Positions 36,720 through 46,889 of a stretch of 64,000 nt of DNA are shown here, one piece after another (within the stretch, counting starts at the first letter, position 1; the number at the start of each line of letters is the position of its first letter). The notes beneath the pieces were generated by a model, which saw only the letters and a list, made by a program, of their open reading frames with translations, did not search any database and was not told where the DNA came from. The translations under genes and the position numbers were made by a program. Source of the DNA: a virus; the IMG/VR virus record IMGVR_UViG_3300013014_000024, positions 33,695-97,694 of that record. One strand, given 5' to 3'.

Positions 36720-38732
36720 TTATCTACCCTTCTTCACTATTTTAACTTCCTCATTGTCAACAAGTATGTTGTAGGTTTTACCTTCAATCATTCTACCTGT
36801 AAGAACCTCCTCCGACAAGAAGTCCTCAACTTTGTCTTGGATTGCTCTTTTCATCGGTCTTGCTCCGTAGGTTGCATCATATCCAATCTTGGAGATATAA
36901 TCAACAAGAGTCTCTTCATAAGTGATTTTGTATTTCATCTCAACTAAACGAGCCATTAACCTATCAAGTTCAAGTCTTGTGATTTTCTTGATGTCTTCTT
37001 CAGACAAAGTGTTAAACATTATTGTATCATCAATCCTGTTCAAGAATTCAGGTGCAAAGAAGTTTTTCATCTCCTTCATTAACATTTGTTTTTTGGCTTC
37101 CTCATTTGAGTATGAATTTGAACCAAATCCAATACCGACTCCGAACTCTTGGAATTTCTTAACTCCGAGATTTGATGTAAGGATGATTAAGGTGTTTTTG
37201 AAGTTAATCTTTCTACCTAAACTATCGGTAACAAATCCATCATCCATGATTTGAAGGAGAATTGAGAAGATATCTTTGTGTGCTTTCTCAACCTCATCAA
37301 AAAGAATTACAGAGTAAGGTTTGTTTTTAACCTTTTCGGTAAGTTGACCACCTTCATCATATCCGACATAACCTGGAGGAGCTCCAACCAATTTTGAAAT
37401 GGTATGTTTTTCTTGGTATTCACACATATCTACACGAATAAGTGATTCTTCACTTCCAAACATTTCTTTTGCCAAAGTTTTAGCCAAGTGAGTTTTACCA
37501 ACACCCGTTGAACCCAAGAAAATAAATGAACCGATTGGACGATTTGGGTCTTTGATACCAAGTCTGTTTCTCTTGATAGATTTAACAATTTTAATAACCG
37601 CCTCATCTTGACCGATAATCCTACCAATCATTTGTTTATCAAGATTTATCAAAGATTTTGTATCATCAACACTCATTTTATTTACCGGTATTTTGGTCAT
37701 GTTAGATACAACATCATAAACATCTGTAAGGTTTATGACTTGTTTGTCTTTTTGCATTTGGTCTTCAAACTTCTTCTTTTCTGATTCAAGTTTGGTAACC
37801 AATTTCTTTTCCTTATCCCTAAGTTCAGCGGCTTGTTCGTAATTCTGTTTCTTTACGACTTCCATTTTCATCAGCCTCAATTCAGAAGCTTTCTTTTTTA
37901 GGTCTTCAATGGCCTCAGGAACTTTGAGTTCGGTTTGCATACGAGCCCCAACTTCATCCATAATATCAAGCGCTTTATCAGGAAACTCCCTATCGGTAAT
38001 GTATCTATCAGCAAGTTTTACACAGGCTTCAATGACTTCATTACTATAAGTTACCTTATGGAAGGCCTCATATTTATCCCTAACATTATTCAAGATTTCA
38101 ATTGTTTCTGCAATAGTTGATGGCTCAACCGTAACTTTTTGGAATCTACGTTCAAGGGCTCCGTCTTTTTCAAAAGATTTACGATACTCATCCAAAGTAG
38201 TTGCTCCGATACATTGGAGTTCTCCACGAGCCAAGGCTGGTTTAAAAATGTTTGAGCCGTCCATAGAACCTGCGGCATTACCGGAACCAACAAGGGTATG
38301 GATTTCATCAATGAATATGATGATACTTGGATTTGCAGCCAACTCTTCCATAATAACCTTCATTCTTTCTTCAAATTGACCACGATATTTTGTACCGGCA
38401 ACAACTGAAGTCAAATCAAGTGCAACAATTCGTTTATCAACCAAATTACGAGGACAATCACCATTAAAAATTTTCATGGCCAAACCTTCAACAATTGCGG
38501 TCTTACCACAACCAGGTTCTCCGATAATAATAGGGTTATTTTTCTTCCTACGAGATAGGATTTGGGCAATACGAATAATCTCTCGTTCTCTACCTACCAC
38601 AGGGTCAAGTTTACCCATTTCGGCAAGCTTAATTAGGTCTCTACTAAAGTTATCCAATACAGGGGTTGGACTATCGTTCTGTTTCTGTTTCTTACTTGTT
38701 TTCATATCATCGTCATCCATTAGTTCGTTCAT
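36720..38732 (-). CDS. clpC: ClpC-like AAA+ chaperone lacking the N-terminal domain
   Basis: GEPGCGKT and GSTGVGKT Walker A motifs. UVR-type middle domain ([11 protein letters not shown]). IGF ClpP-docking loop. Confidence 0.9.
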   Translation of the reverse strand: MNELMDDDDMKTSKKQKQNDSPTPVLDNFSRDLIKLAEMGKLDPVVGREREIIRIAQILSRRKKNNPIIIGEPGCGKTAIVEGLAMKIFNGDCPRNLVDKRIVALDLTSVVAGTKYRGQFEERMKVIMEELAANPSIIIFIDEIHTLVGSGNAAGSMDGSNIFKPALARGELQCIGATTLDEYRKSFEKDGALERRFQKVTVEPSTIAETIEILNNVRDKYEAFHKVTYSNEVIEACVKLADRYITDREFPDKALDIMDEVGARMQTELKVPEAIEDLKKKASELRLMKMEVVKKQNYEQAAELRDKEKKLVTKLESEKKKFEDQMQKDKQVINLTDVYDVVSNMTKIPVNKMSVDDTKSLINLDKQMIGRIIGQDEAVIKIVKSIKRNRLGIKDPNRPIGSFIFLGSTGVGKTHLAKTLAKEMFGSEESLIRVDMCEYQEKHTISKLVGAPPGYVGYDEGGQLTEKVKNKPYSVILFDEVEKAHKDIFSILLQIMDDGFVTDSLGRKINFKNTLIILTSNLGVKKFQEFGVGIGFGSNSYSNEEAKKQMLMKEMKNFFAPEFLNRIDDTIMFNTLSEEDIKKITRLELDRLMARLVEMKYKITYEETLVDYISKIGYDATYGARPMKRAIQDKVEDFLSEEVLTGRMIEGKTYNILVDNEEVKIVKKGR

Positions 38733-38835
38733 ATTTTATGATTTTTTTGGTTTATTGATTTCAGACACAAATATCCATCAATTTTTGGACACTAACAAAC
38801 AAATTGTCAAATTTGCAGGAAAAAATATTTTTATA

Positions 38836-38906
38836 TGACTATATGTCAGTATGTATATATTTTATATGACAATATGTCGTAATAAATTTAATGGCATTTT
38901 GTTTGA
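38836..38906 (+). promoter_or_regulatory. two TGAC-N5-GTC(A/G) operators and a sigma54-like TGGCA-N6-TTGA element
   Basis: Palindromes at 38836-38848 and 38867-38879. TGGCATTTTGTTTGA at 38892-38906. Lies between divergent clpC and hsp20. Confidence 0.5.
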
Positions 38907-38949
38907 CTTATTTACGTAAAATAAATAAATTAAAAAAAAAAAAACTATT

Positions 38950-39366
38950 ATGAATTATTATGAAGATTTAGACAGAATGTTTGAACAATTATTTAATCCA
39001 AACGGTACTACTAGCAGTACGTATAAAACATACAGAATTGTTCCTACAAGTAAAAATGAAAAAATTGAAGACTACGAGATTAATACTGTGAAAGATGGTG
39101 CATATCTTCACTTTGAGGTTCCCGGATTTAACAAGACTAATTTAGATGTTCTAATTGAAGGTTCTGAACTTGTAATTGAGGGTATCAGAAAGTATAAAAT
39201 GAATGGTGAAGAAAAAGAAAAAAAGATTAATCGTAGAATTGAACTTAATAATCTTTATGAATCTTCAACATTGGAGGCAACAGTAGAAGACGGAATTCTT
39301 ACCGTGTATATCCCAAGTTTCAAAAAAGAAGCCCAAAAAAAGAAAAATAGGATTAACCTTATGTAA
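38950..39366 (+). CDS. small heat-shock protein (Hsp20)
   Basis: EVPGFNK...IEG...ATVEDGILTVYIP. Confidence 0.9.
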   Translation: MNYYEDLDRMFEQLFNPNGTTSSTYKTYRIVPTSKNEKIEDYEINTVKDGAYLHFEVPGFNKTNLDVLIEGSELVIEGIRKYKMNGEEKEKKINRRIELNNLYESSTLEATVEDGILTVYIPSFKKEAQKKKNRINLM

Positions 39367-39395
39367 AACAAAACCCTCCGTAATGGAGGGTTTTT

Positions 39396-39947
39396 TTATA
39401 AATCTAAACATTTAATTTTTCCATCTGACCCGTAACCAAAGTTATATTTGTGAGCATCAACAATTGTGTCTTTTCCTTTAACTTTTAGTATCGCCCTTTC
39501 ACAATTTTTAATCACAGTTAAAAACTCTATGAAAAAATTATAAACTTCTTTATCATGTTTGGCCAATTTTTTACCTACTTCAACAAATACGGACGAGTTT
39601 GAACCATTATTCATATATAAATCAACAAAACTTTCGCCCGTATCAACATCAAGTACCCCAACATCTTCCATTGCCAATTCTAAATCATCCCAATCATTCT
39701 CAAATTTCTTGGTATCCAATTTTTCTAACTCAACATAATATATGTCCTCATCCTGCATTTTACCTGCCCTAAAAACTTTTGGAAAAATTTCAGGATTAGA
39801 TTTGAACACTTCAAACCATTCATCCACAGTATCTTTGTGACCTACTTTAAAAATAACATTTGGATTACTTTTTGACGCATAAATGGTATGTTCAATACCA
39901 CTACCGAACATTTCTTTTTCTTTAGTACCTAATTCTTGTATTTGCAT
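39396..39947 (-). CDS. minimal protein-kinase-like fold protein
   Basis: FGSG...VIFKV...DAHKYNFG...KCLD. Confidence 0.6.
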   Translation of the reverse strand: MQIQELGTKEKEMFGSGIEHTIYASKSNPNVIFKVGHKDTVDEWFEVFKSNPEIFPKVFRAGKMQDEDIYYVELEKLDTKKFENDWDDLELAMEDVGVLDVDTGESFVDLYMNNGSNSSVFVEVGKKLAKHDKEVYNFFIEFLTVIKNCERAILKVKGKDTIVDAHKYNFGYGSDGKIKCLDL

Positions 39948-39957
39948 ATTTATAATT

Positions 39958-40290
39958 ATGAAGATGTGGCAAAAATATATTGAAAAAACCGACGCAATTA
40001 AACCTATTCTTGAAGTATATCTTAAATTAAGGAGATGGTTTCAATTAAATGAATGGACTCAGTCAGATTTGGAAAACCCACCGTATTATGGTACCGAAAT
40101 GATGGAATTAAGAGGTGATTTTCGCTATAATATGGTAAAAATTTTTCAAAATATTAGTGATTTAGGTCTCGATATTACCCAACAAGAATTTAATAATTAC
40201 TTACGCCCATTTCTTACTAAAATTGATGAATTAACACCTTTAAAAAATGGCAATAACAAGAGAAGAAATAAGAGGGACGAAGATAATTAA
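39958..40290 (+). CDS. hypothetical protein
   Basis: ATG after TATTTAT. Confidence 0.55.
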   Translation: MKMWQKYIEKTDAIKPILEVYLKLRRWFQLNEWTQSDLENPPYYGTEMMELRGDFRYNMVKIFQNISDLGLDITQQEFNNYLRPFLTKIDELTPLKNGNNKRRNKRDEDN

Positions 40291-40489
40291 CGAAATTAAA
40301 TCTTCAAACATTAAGAAGACAGAATACGACACCGAGACAAAAAAATTGGTTATAGAATTTAATAACAATTTAAAGTACGAATACGATGAGGTTCCCCACC
40401 AAATCTATACTAAATTCAGAAAATCAGAATCTCAGGGTAAATTTTTCACAACAGAAATTTCAAAAAATTTCAAATATAAAAAACTCTGA
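40247..40489 (+). CDS. KTSC domain protein
   Basis: SSNI...YD...L.IEF...YEY..VP...S.GKFF. Confidence 0.85.
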   Translation: MAITREEIRGTKIINEIKSSNIKKTEYDTETKKLVIEFNNNLKYEYDEVPHQIYTKFRKSESQGKFFTTEISKNFKYKKL

Positions 40490-40510
40490 TTTTTTGGGTA
40501 TTTATATGTC

Positions 40511-42109
40511 ATGGGAGAATTTACTAAAATACTAAAAAGCTTTTCGTTACAAGATACTCTAAATCCTAAGATTTGGGATAATCCCGATGATGTAGAAACT
40601 TCAAAAATGAAGTCCAAGGTGAAAAGTGCCTTGATGAAAATTGCCGAAAAATTTATTGATTATTTGGGTGAAGATATTTTTGTTGATGATATTATTTTAA
40701 CGGGGTCTTTATCCAACTATAATTGGTCTGAATATTCTGATTTTGATTTACACATTATAATTGATTTTAAACAATTCGGTAAAAAGGATAAAGTTCATAA
40801 AGAACTATTTGATGCAAGAAAATTCATATTTAATGAATCTCATGACATCAAAATTTATGGATATGATGTTGAGTTATATGCTCAAGATTCAGAAGAAGAA
40901 CACACAAGTTCTGGAGTATATTCAATAATTAATGATGAGTGGTTGCATAAACCAAAAAAAGAATCTCCCGATATTGATAAAAAAATCCTTGTTCAAAAAA
41001 TAGATTGTTGGATTGAAAAAATAGAAAAAACTATTTCAAATTCTAAAGATAGAGATGGTAAGAAACTAGAAACTTTAAAGTCTAAACTTAAAGAATATAG
41101 AAAGTCTGGATTGGATAAAGAAGGTGAATTATCTTATGAAAATTTGGTCTTTAAATTTTTAAGAAGGTCAGGACATATTGAAAAACTATTTGACGCTTTA
41201 AATAAAAATATAGATAAAGAATTATCTGTTGAGAGAAATATACAAGAACAAATCATTTCAACCAAAGACGACATTTTAAAAATATTTAATGATTCAGAAT
41301 ATCTGAAAGACCTTAAAGATTTTGCCGATGATAGATTAAAATACGAATACACCCCAGGTCAAAAAATACCTTATTCTGAAATTGTTAGACTAATACAAAA
41401 AGGATTAGAGTTTCTTAAATTTAAATTACCTAAATGGGGGGTTGATGGTAAATTTGGACCTGAAACAAAAAAATCTGTTGAAAATTTTCAAAAAGCAAAT
41501 AATTTATCAGTAACAGGTGTTGTTAATACTGATTTTGTTAAAACATTAATTTCTTTACTAGTGATTAATCGTTTTAAAGATTCAGACATTAGTACCAAAA
41601 TAGAGCAATACGGTACAGTTGGTGATTTTACCTATTTGGACTTAACAACTGAACAAGGGTATAGCTCGTATAGAGATATTTGTCAGTCTTTTATTGATTC
41701 AAGAAATAGTAGTGCAGGTGTGACAGGAGATATGATGGCAAGATGTGCTAAACTACATCTATCAAAAGGATATGTTCCACCTGAATTGGCTTTAGCTCAA
41801 TTATCATTAGAGGGAGGTTTATCAACTGACCCAAATGTAAGACCAAGAAAAACTAAAAATCCTTTTAATGTTGGTAATGTTGATACCGGGTCAAATAGTT
41901 ATCAAACATCGGTTAGAGATGGTGTTTGTTTATACTACGATTTAATAACCAGAAAATATTTGACAAATAAAAAACCTGAGGATTTGTTAAATAATTTTGT
42001 AAATAGTTCAGGACATAGATATGCGTCAGGTGAAAACTATGAATCAAAATTAAAACAATTGGTTAGAGGAATATCAAAATTTACTGAACCAGTTCTATCT
42101 AAATATTAA
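40511..42109 (+). CDS. Pol-beta nucleotidyltransferase fused to PG-binding and glucosaminidase-like domains
   Basis: TGS..NYNW...SDFDLH, then VDGKFGPETKKSVENFQ..NL..TGVV, then LAQLSLEG...NPFNVG...YA. Confidence 0.75.
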   Translation: MGEFTKILKSFSLQDTLNPKIWDNPDDVETSKMKSKVKSALMKIAEKFIDYLGEDIFVDDIILTGSLSNYNWSEYSDFDLHIIIDFKQFGKKDKVHKELFDARKFIFNESHDIKIYGYDVELYAQDSEEEHTSSGVYSIINDEWLHKPKKESPDIDKKILVQKIDCWIEKIEKTISNSKDRDGKKLETLKSKLKEYRKSGLDKEGELSYENLVFKFLRRSGHIEKLFDALNKNIDKELSVERNIQEQIISTKDDILKIFNDSEYLKDLKDFADDRLKYEYTPGQKIPYSEIVRLIQKGLEFLKFKLPKWGVDGKFGPETKKSVENFQKANNLSVTGVVNTDFVKTLISLLVINRFKDSDISTKIEQYGTVGDFTYLDLTTEQGYSSYRDICQSFIDSRNSSAGVTGDMMARCAKLHLSKGYVPPELALAQLSLEGGLSTDPNVRPRKTKNPFNVGNVDTGSNSYQTSVRDGVCLYYDLITRKYLTNKKPEDLLNNFVNSSGHRYASGENYESKLKQLVRGISKFTEPVLSKY

Positions 42110-42170
42110 ACAGACTCAAGATAAACTTAAATTATTCTCTTTAATCATATATTTATAAAGAAAAAATAAA

Positions 42171-43091
42171 ATGGCTTTAGTCACATATCTCGTCGCCCCT
42201 TGTGCTGGAGGGTCAGCATTGAATATAGAATTCAGTTCTACTACTCTTCCAGTAGTCGGTGGTAATTATTATCTTAATTTCACAGGAGCAACCGCTAAAG
42301 GTTGTTATGAAATTGTGGACACAGCAGAACCTTCAACAGGAGTTGACGAAGTTTCGGGTCCTTTAGGTACGAATTATGGAGATTGTCAAACTTGTTTGGC
42401 CGCAAACCCAACTCCGACACCAACACCAACTCCTACAATTACTCCTACAATTACTCCTACAACAACGAGAACTCCAACTCCAACGCCAACTGTAACTACA
42501 ACTAGTACACCAACTATAACACCAACAAGAACATTAACTCCCACACCAAGTATTACACCAAGTATTACACCAAGTATTACACCAAGTATTACACCAACAA
42601 GAACAGTAACACCTACAGTTACAGCAACTAATACCCCAACACCAAGTATAACACCAAGTATAACACCAACAAGAACAGTAACTCCTACACCAAGTATTAC
42701 ACCAAGTATTACACCAACAAGAACAGTAACACCTACAGTTACACCAACAACAACAGTAACACCTACAGTTACACCAACAACAACAGTAACACCTACAGTT
42801 ACATCAACTAACACCCCAACACCAACAAAGACCTCAACTCCAACACCAACAAAGACCGCAACTCCAACACCAACACCAACGATAACACCAAGTCAAACTA
42901 GTATAGGTACAACCTACGTTAACGTACAATATGAATATACAAATCAGATGGAAGGTAGCTATAGTGGTGGTACATGGGATGCAACTTTGGGAAATGTTCC
43001 ACATCCTCAGGCTTACGTTGAGGGAACTAGAGGTTGGGTAATTGACTTAAGTGCCGTGAAATTGGGTGGATTTAATGGATTAAATAACTAA
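42171..43091 (+). CDS. Thr/Pro-repeat (mucin-like) protein, probably virion-associated
   Basis: About 165 aa of TPTPT/TPSI repeats. Confidence 0.75.
   Translation: MALVTYLVAPCAGGSALNIEFSSTTLPVVGGNYYLNFTGATAKGCYEIVDTAEPSTGVDEVSGPLGTNYGDCQTCLAANPTPTPTPTPTITPTITPTTTRTPTPTPTVTTTSTPTITPTRTLTPTPSITPSITPSITPSITPTRTVTPTVTATNTPTPSITPSITPTRTVTPTPSITPSITPTRTVTPTVTPTTTVTPTVTPTTTVTPTVTSTNTPTPTKTSTPTPTKTATPTPTPTITPSQTSIGTTYVNVQYEYTNQMEGSYSGGTWDATLGNVPHPQAYVEGTRGWVIDLSAVKLGGFNGLNN
42408..42900 (+). repeat. low-complexity tandem repeats encoding TPS/TPT
   Basis: For example (acaccaagtatt)n. Confidence 0.85.
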
Positions 43092-43113
43092 AAATAAAAA
43101 AAATTATAATAAT

Positions 43114-44337
43114 ATGGCAGACTTAAAACCAATAGGAAGCGAAAAATTAACAGGTCAAGATAAAATTAAAAGAATAATGGAGATTGCCAGATATAATGAA
43201 GTTGTCCCTGTTAATCTTAATGAACATAGTACAACCGAATTTTCAATTGGATTTTCTGATGGAAATGAATATCAAATTGTAAAAGAAAAATCAGGATATA
43301 TCATAAAAAAAACCATTTCAGAATCTAAAACAGATTATATTGAGCCTATGAAGAATAGAAAGTATTATTCTTCATATTCTCAGGCGTTAAAAAGATTAAA
43401 TTTAATGTCAAAAGAAATTAATCGTTTAACAGAAACCGAAGAAGGTACTAGCCTATTTGGAGAACAAAAGAAATTTGTTTTAAAAAGACCAACTCCGGCT
43501 GAGCCTGAAATGGACGATGTTCCTGCACCGCCAGCAGCACCTCCGGCAGTTCCTTCACCCGAATTACCACCTTCACCTGAATCTGGAGTACCTTCAGAAG
43601 AAATGCCTTCAGATAATGAAATGGTAGGAATGGATGATGAAATGCCTTTAGATGATGAAATGCCTTCAGATGATGAAATGGGTGGAATGAATAATGGAAT
43701 GACATCAGATGAAGTTACTTTTAAAATGATTCAAAAGTTAACAGGAAAGTTAACTCAAAAAATAAGAGAATATGAAGGTGACAAGGGTCTAACATCTGAA
43801 AACATAAAATATGTAATAAACATGGTATTGTCTTCAGTTGATTTGGCTAATTTGTCTGAAGAAGATAAAGAAGATATTCTTTCTAAATTTGAATCAGATG
43901 AGGACATGGATATGGGTGATGACGATATGGATATGAGTGATGAAGATATTACGGGGGATTCTGAAGTTGAAGATGTTCAAGCTGATATGGATGTTCCTGT
44001 TGAATCTGAAATGGAAGAAGATTATGGCCACGGAGCAATTTTAGACCACATTTTTGGTGAATCTAAAATTGATAAAGTACTTTCAAAGTATTTTGAAATT
44101 AGTGAGTCAGAAAAAAGAATTTCAAATCAAAAAAAAGTTGCCAAAAAATCTAATATAAAAAATAAAATGGATTCTGTTAAAAAAATGAGTGAGACTATAG
44201 AACAAGAATTGTCTTCTCAAAAATTTTTAGAAGAAAATTCAAATTTTAATTTTTTAGGAAAAACAAACAAGAAAAACTTAGTTTTTGAAGGTAAAACAGG
44301 TCAATTTAAAATAACACCTGAGGGATTTGTAATATGA
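43114..44337 (+). CDS. acidic head-region protein
   Basis: 407-aa ORF upstream of the terminase. Confidence 0.7.
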   Translation: MADLKPIGSEKLTGQDKIKRIMEIARYNEVVPVNLNEHSTTEFSIGFSDGNEYQIVKEKSGYIIKKTISESKTDYIEPMKNRKYYSSYSQALKRLNLMSKEINRLTETEEGTSLFGEQKKFVLKRPTPAEPEMDDVPAPPAAPPAVPSPELPPSPESGVPSEEMPSDNEMVGMDDEMPLDDEMPSDDEMGGMNNGMTSDEVTFKMIQKLTGKLTQKIREYEGDKGLTSENIKYVINMVLSSVDLANLSEEDKEDILSKFESDEDMDMGDDDMDMSDEDITGDSEVEDVQADMDVPVESEMEEDYGHGAILDHIFGESKIDKVLSKYFEISESEKRISNQKKVAKKSNIKNKMDSVKKMSETIEQELSSQKFLEENSNFNFLGKTNKKNLVFEGKTGQFKITPEGFVI

Positions 44338-44723
44338 GTTATTTGATATATATAAATGGGTTAGGACCAAATTATAAAGGCGATAATATGTATGAATTCA
44401 TATTCTCAGATTCTTTAGAAGTTTGGGGCGAATTATGGGAAAGTAAACCATGTAATTCGTATCCAAATCCTCCTGAATTAAAATATATTAAAAAAGTTGG
44501 AATTTTGAAAAACACAGATATAAAATTAGAGTTAATTCAAAATTCAGATTTTTTTTCTATGATGGACGCAATGGATGATATAATTGCATTAGCATGGGAA
44601 ACAGATGAATCAAATAATTCAAAAAGAATTGTTTTTAAATTTGGAGAAGAAGAAAAAACAATAAAAGATAAATTATACGAGAAAGATTTAATTCTTGAAT
44701 TTGAAAAAAAAAATGATATATGA
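44334..44723 (+). CDS. hypothetical protein
   Basis: Overlapping start/stop in operon. Confidence 0.65.
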   Translation: MSYLIYINGLGPNYKGDNMYEFIFSDSLEVWGELWESKPCNSYPNPPELKYIKKVGILKNTDIKLELIQNSDFFSMMDAMDDIIALAWETDESNNSKRIVFKFGEEEKTIKDKLYEKDLILEFEKKNDI

Positions 44724-45556
44724 AAATTAACAAAAAATCTCTAGAACTAATTGAAATGGGTTTATCATCTAAAACCGTTTTAAAATTAACAGAATCACAG
44801 ATTAGTACATTACATAATAGAATGGTAGTGGAAGCAATGACACAAAGTACCACAACCTCTTATAACGTACCAACAGATGATGTTAAAAAAGGAGTTAAGT
44901 TACCTCCAGCCCCTAAAGGGATGAATATACAACAAACATCTACAGGAATTAAAGCAACTCCTACTGAAGAAGTTAAAGAAAATGATGACAATAAAAACAA
45001 TCCATATGCAATTTGTCGCAAACAATTAGGTCCAAGAAAAAACGCAAAATTTGAAAGTTGTGTTAAACAAGTTAAAAAATCTTTGAAAGAAGGTAAAAAT
45101 CCAATATCTTTGTTTTTAGAAAACAAAATTATGCAAATAGTTGAATCTCATTTACCTCCAAGAATTACTAAACAAGATTTAGTTCAATATTTGTCAGAAC
45201 AAAATCCCGCAACAGCACCTGTTAAAGAACCTAAAACAAAACCAGGAACCAAACAACCACCATCACCGGTAAAAACTCCTTTACGTCCTGGAAAAAATCC
45301 AAATCCGGGAGTTAAAGAAGCTCCTAAAGCAAATAAAAAAAATAAAGAAGTTTCCGAAAATTCTCCTACTACAGCCCCTGCTGGTCCAAAAACAAAACCA
45401 GGAACTAAGCAACCACCATCACCGGTAAAAACTCCTTTACGCCCTGGAAAAAATCCAAATCCCGGAGTTAAAGAAGCCCCTAAGGCTAAGAATATTAACC
45501 CTGAAGAAGCTAAGGAAAAAATAATTGACACAATAATGAAAATGTTAAAAAAATGA
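44720..45556 (+). CDS. hypothetical protein with duplicated Pro/Lys segment
   Basis: 34-aa repeat at about 45230-45331 and 45386-45487. Confidence 0.7.
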   Translation: MKINKKSLELIEMGLSSKTVLKLTESQISTLHNRMVVEAMTQSTTTSYNVPTDDVKKGVKLPPAPKGMNIQQTSTGIKATPTEEVKENDDNKNNPYAICRKQLGPRKNAKFESCVKQVKKSLKEGKNPISLFLENKIMQIVESHLPPRITKQDLVQYLSEQNPATAPVKEPKTKPGTKQPPSPVKTPLRPGKNPNPGVKEAPKANKKNKEVSENSPTTAPAGPKTKPGTKQPPSPVKTPLRPGKNPNPGVKEAPKAKNINPEEAKEKIIDTIMKMLKK

Positions 45557-46884
45557 GAAAAATAAAAGAACAAATAGATTACGGTGGTAGACGTGAAAGA
45601 ATGGACCCTAACCTTGAAAGAAAATTAATGTCTGGTCAAGACATATATTCTTCTAATCCGGCAATGAGAAAAGGTTCGGAAGATGTGCAGAGATTAGTTT
45701 CTAAAAGATTTGGTGACGTTGTTGACGCTTTGAAACAAGTTACAGGTATTAATGACTTGTCTCCAGCTAACGTTAAACAAATGTTAATGGGTGAAATGAT
45801 GAATGCCACTTACGATGTAATGAGACGTGAGAGCAGACACAAAGAAGAATTAAAAGAACTTGCCAAAAGAATATGTTTTGATGAAACAGAATTTGACGAA
45901 TCTTGGGTTAATTTAGAAATGTTTTTAAATGAAACACCGATTGATACTTCTAATTTTAGGTATCAACCTGAAGAAGACGAAGATGAAGAAGATGAGGAAG
46001 AAAAACAAAAATTAGAAATTCCATCATTTGATATTGAAGATTTAACTCCTCAGGAACAATTTGAGTTAGAAAAACATAAGAGAAATATTATTAACGCACT
46101 TGTTCAGGGAGCCGCTAAAAAAGGCCACTATGTTTTCAAAAAACCTGAAGTAAAAGGAGAGTTAGATTCTATTGACCCCCAACTATACCCTCTTTATAAT
46201 AAGATAATGTCAATCAATGATTTTTTCTATTTCACAATGGAACAAATGATTGAAATGATGAGTCAAACAGGACAAGGTGTTGCCGGTAAAGTTGAATTAG
46301 ATGGTGGAGACGATGAAGGCGAAGATGAGGGTGGAGATGAGGGTGGAGAAGATAGTGCCGATACTACAATTAAAGCTTATGGTATGATTTTTCCAATACT
46401 TTGCCATGAGATAATAAAAGGTATTAAATCGGTGAATGCAAGACATGGATATCCTAAAGACACAGAAATGGCTAGAAAAGTGTTAGGTCAAACTGATTTA
46501 TTATCAAACGAACCAATGCAATTGATAGTTGGCCCTGGAGTACAAGAAAAGCTCAGAATGGCAATGCCTGACGCAATATTTGACCCATCAAACAAAGGTT
46601 TGATAAATTGGTTTGAAATAGAGCTTTTCAAAATAGAAGCGAAAGAACTTTTAGGAATTATTGCAGATGTGATTGATACCAGACCAGAAAAAAATAAAAT
46701 AGCCACTGCTAGATTTGAAGAAATCATGAAAGAAGCTCAAACACTCAAAAGAGAGTATGAAGAATACAAAAAACAACAAGGTAATACCAATAAAAAACAA
46801 GGTAATACTAGTGATGACTCTGATGATTTGAATGATGATGACTTGGACGATTTCCTATCTAGTATGGGTATCTCAAGAGAATAA
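45553..46884 (+). CDS. hypothetical protein
   Basis: 443-aa ORF immediately before the terminase. Confidence 0.7.
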   Translation: MRKIKEQIDYGGRRERMDPNLERKLMSGQDIYSSNPAMRKGSEDVQRLVSKRFGDVVDALKQVTGINDLSPANVKQMLMGEMMNATYDVMRRESRHKEELKELAKRICFDETEFDESWVNLEMFLNETPIDTSNFRYQPEEDEDEEDEEEKQKLEIPSFDIEDLTPQEQFELEKHKRNIINALVQGAAKKGHYVFKKPEVKGELDSIDPQLYPLYNKIMSINDFFYFTMEQMIEMMSQTGQGVAGKVELDGGDDEGEDEGGDEGGEDSADTTIKAYGMIFPILCHEIIKGIKSVNARHGYPKDTEMARKVLGQTDLLSNEPMQLIVGPGVQEKLRMAMPDAIFDPSNKGLINWFEIELFKIEAKELLGIIADVIDTRPEKNKIATARFEEIMKEAQTLKREYEEYKKQQGNTNKKQGNTSDDSDDLNDDDLDDFLSSMGISRE

Positions 46885-46889
46885 TTATT

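Noticed and set aside
42386-42814. Val/Gly-rich minus-strand ORF
   Set aside because: Antisense shadow of the Thr/Pro repeat gene.
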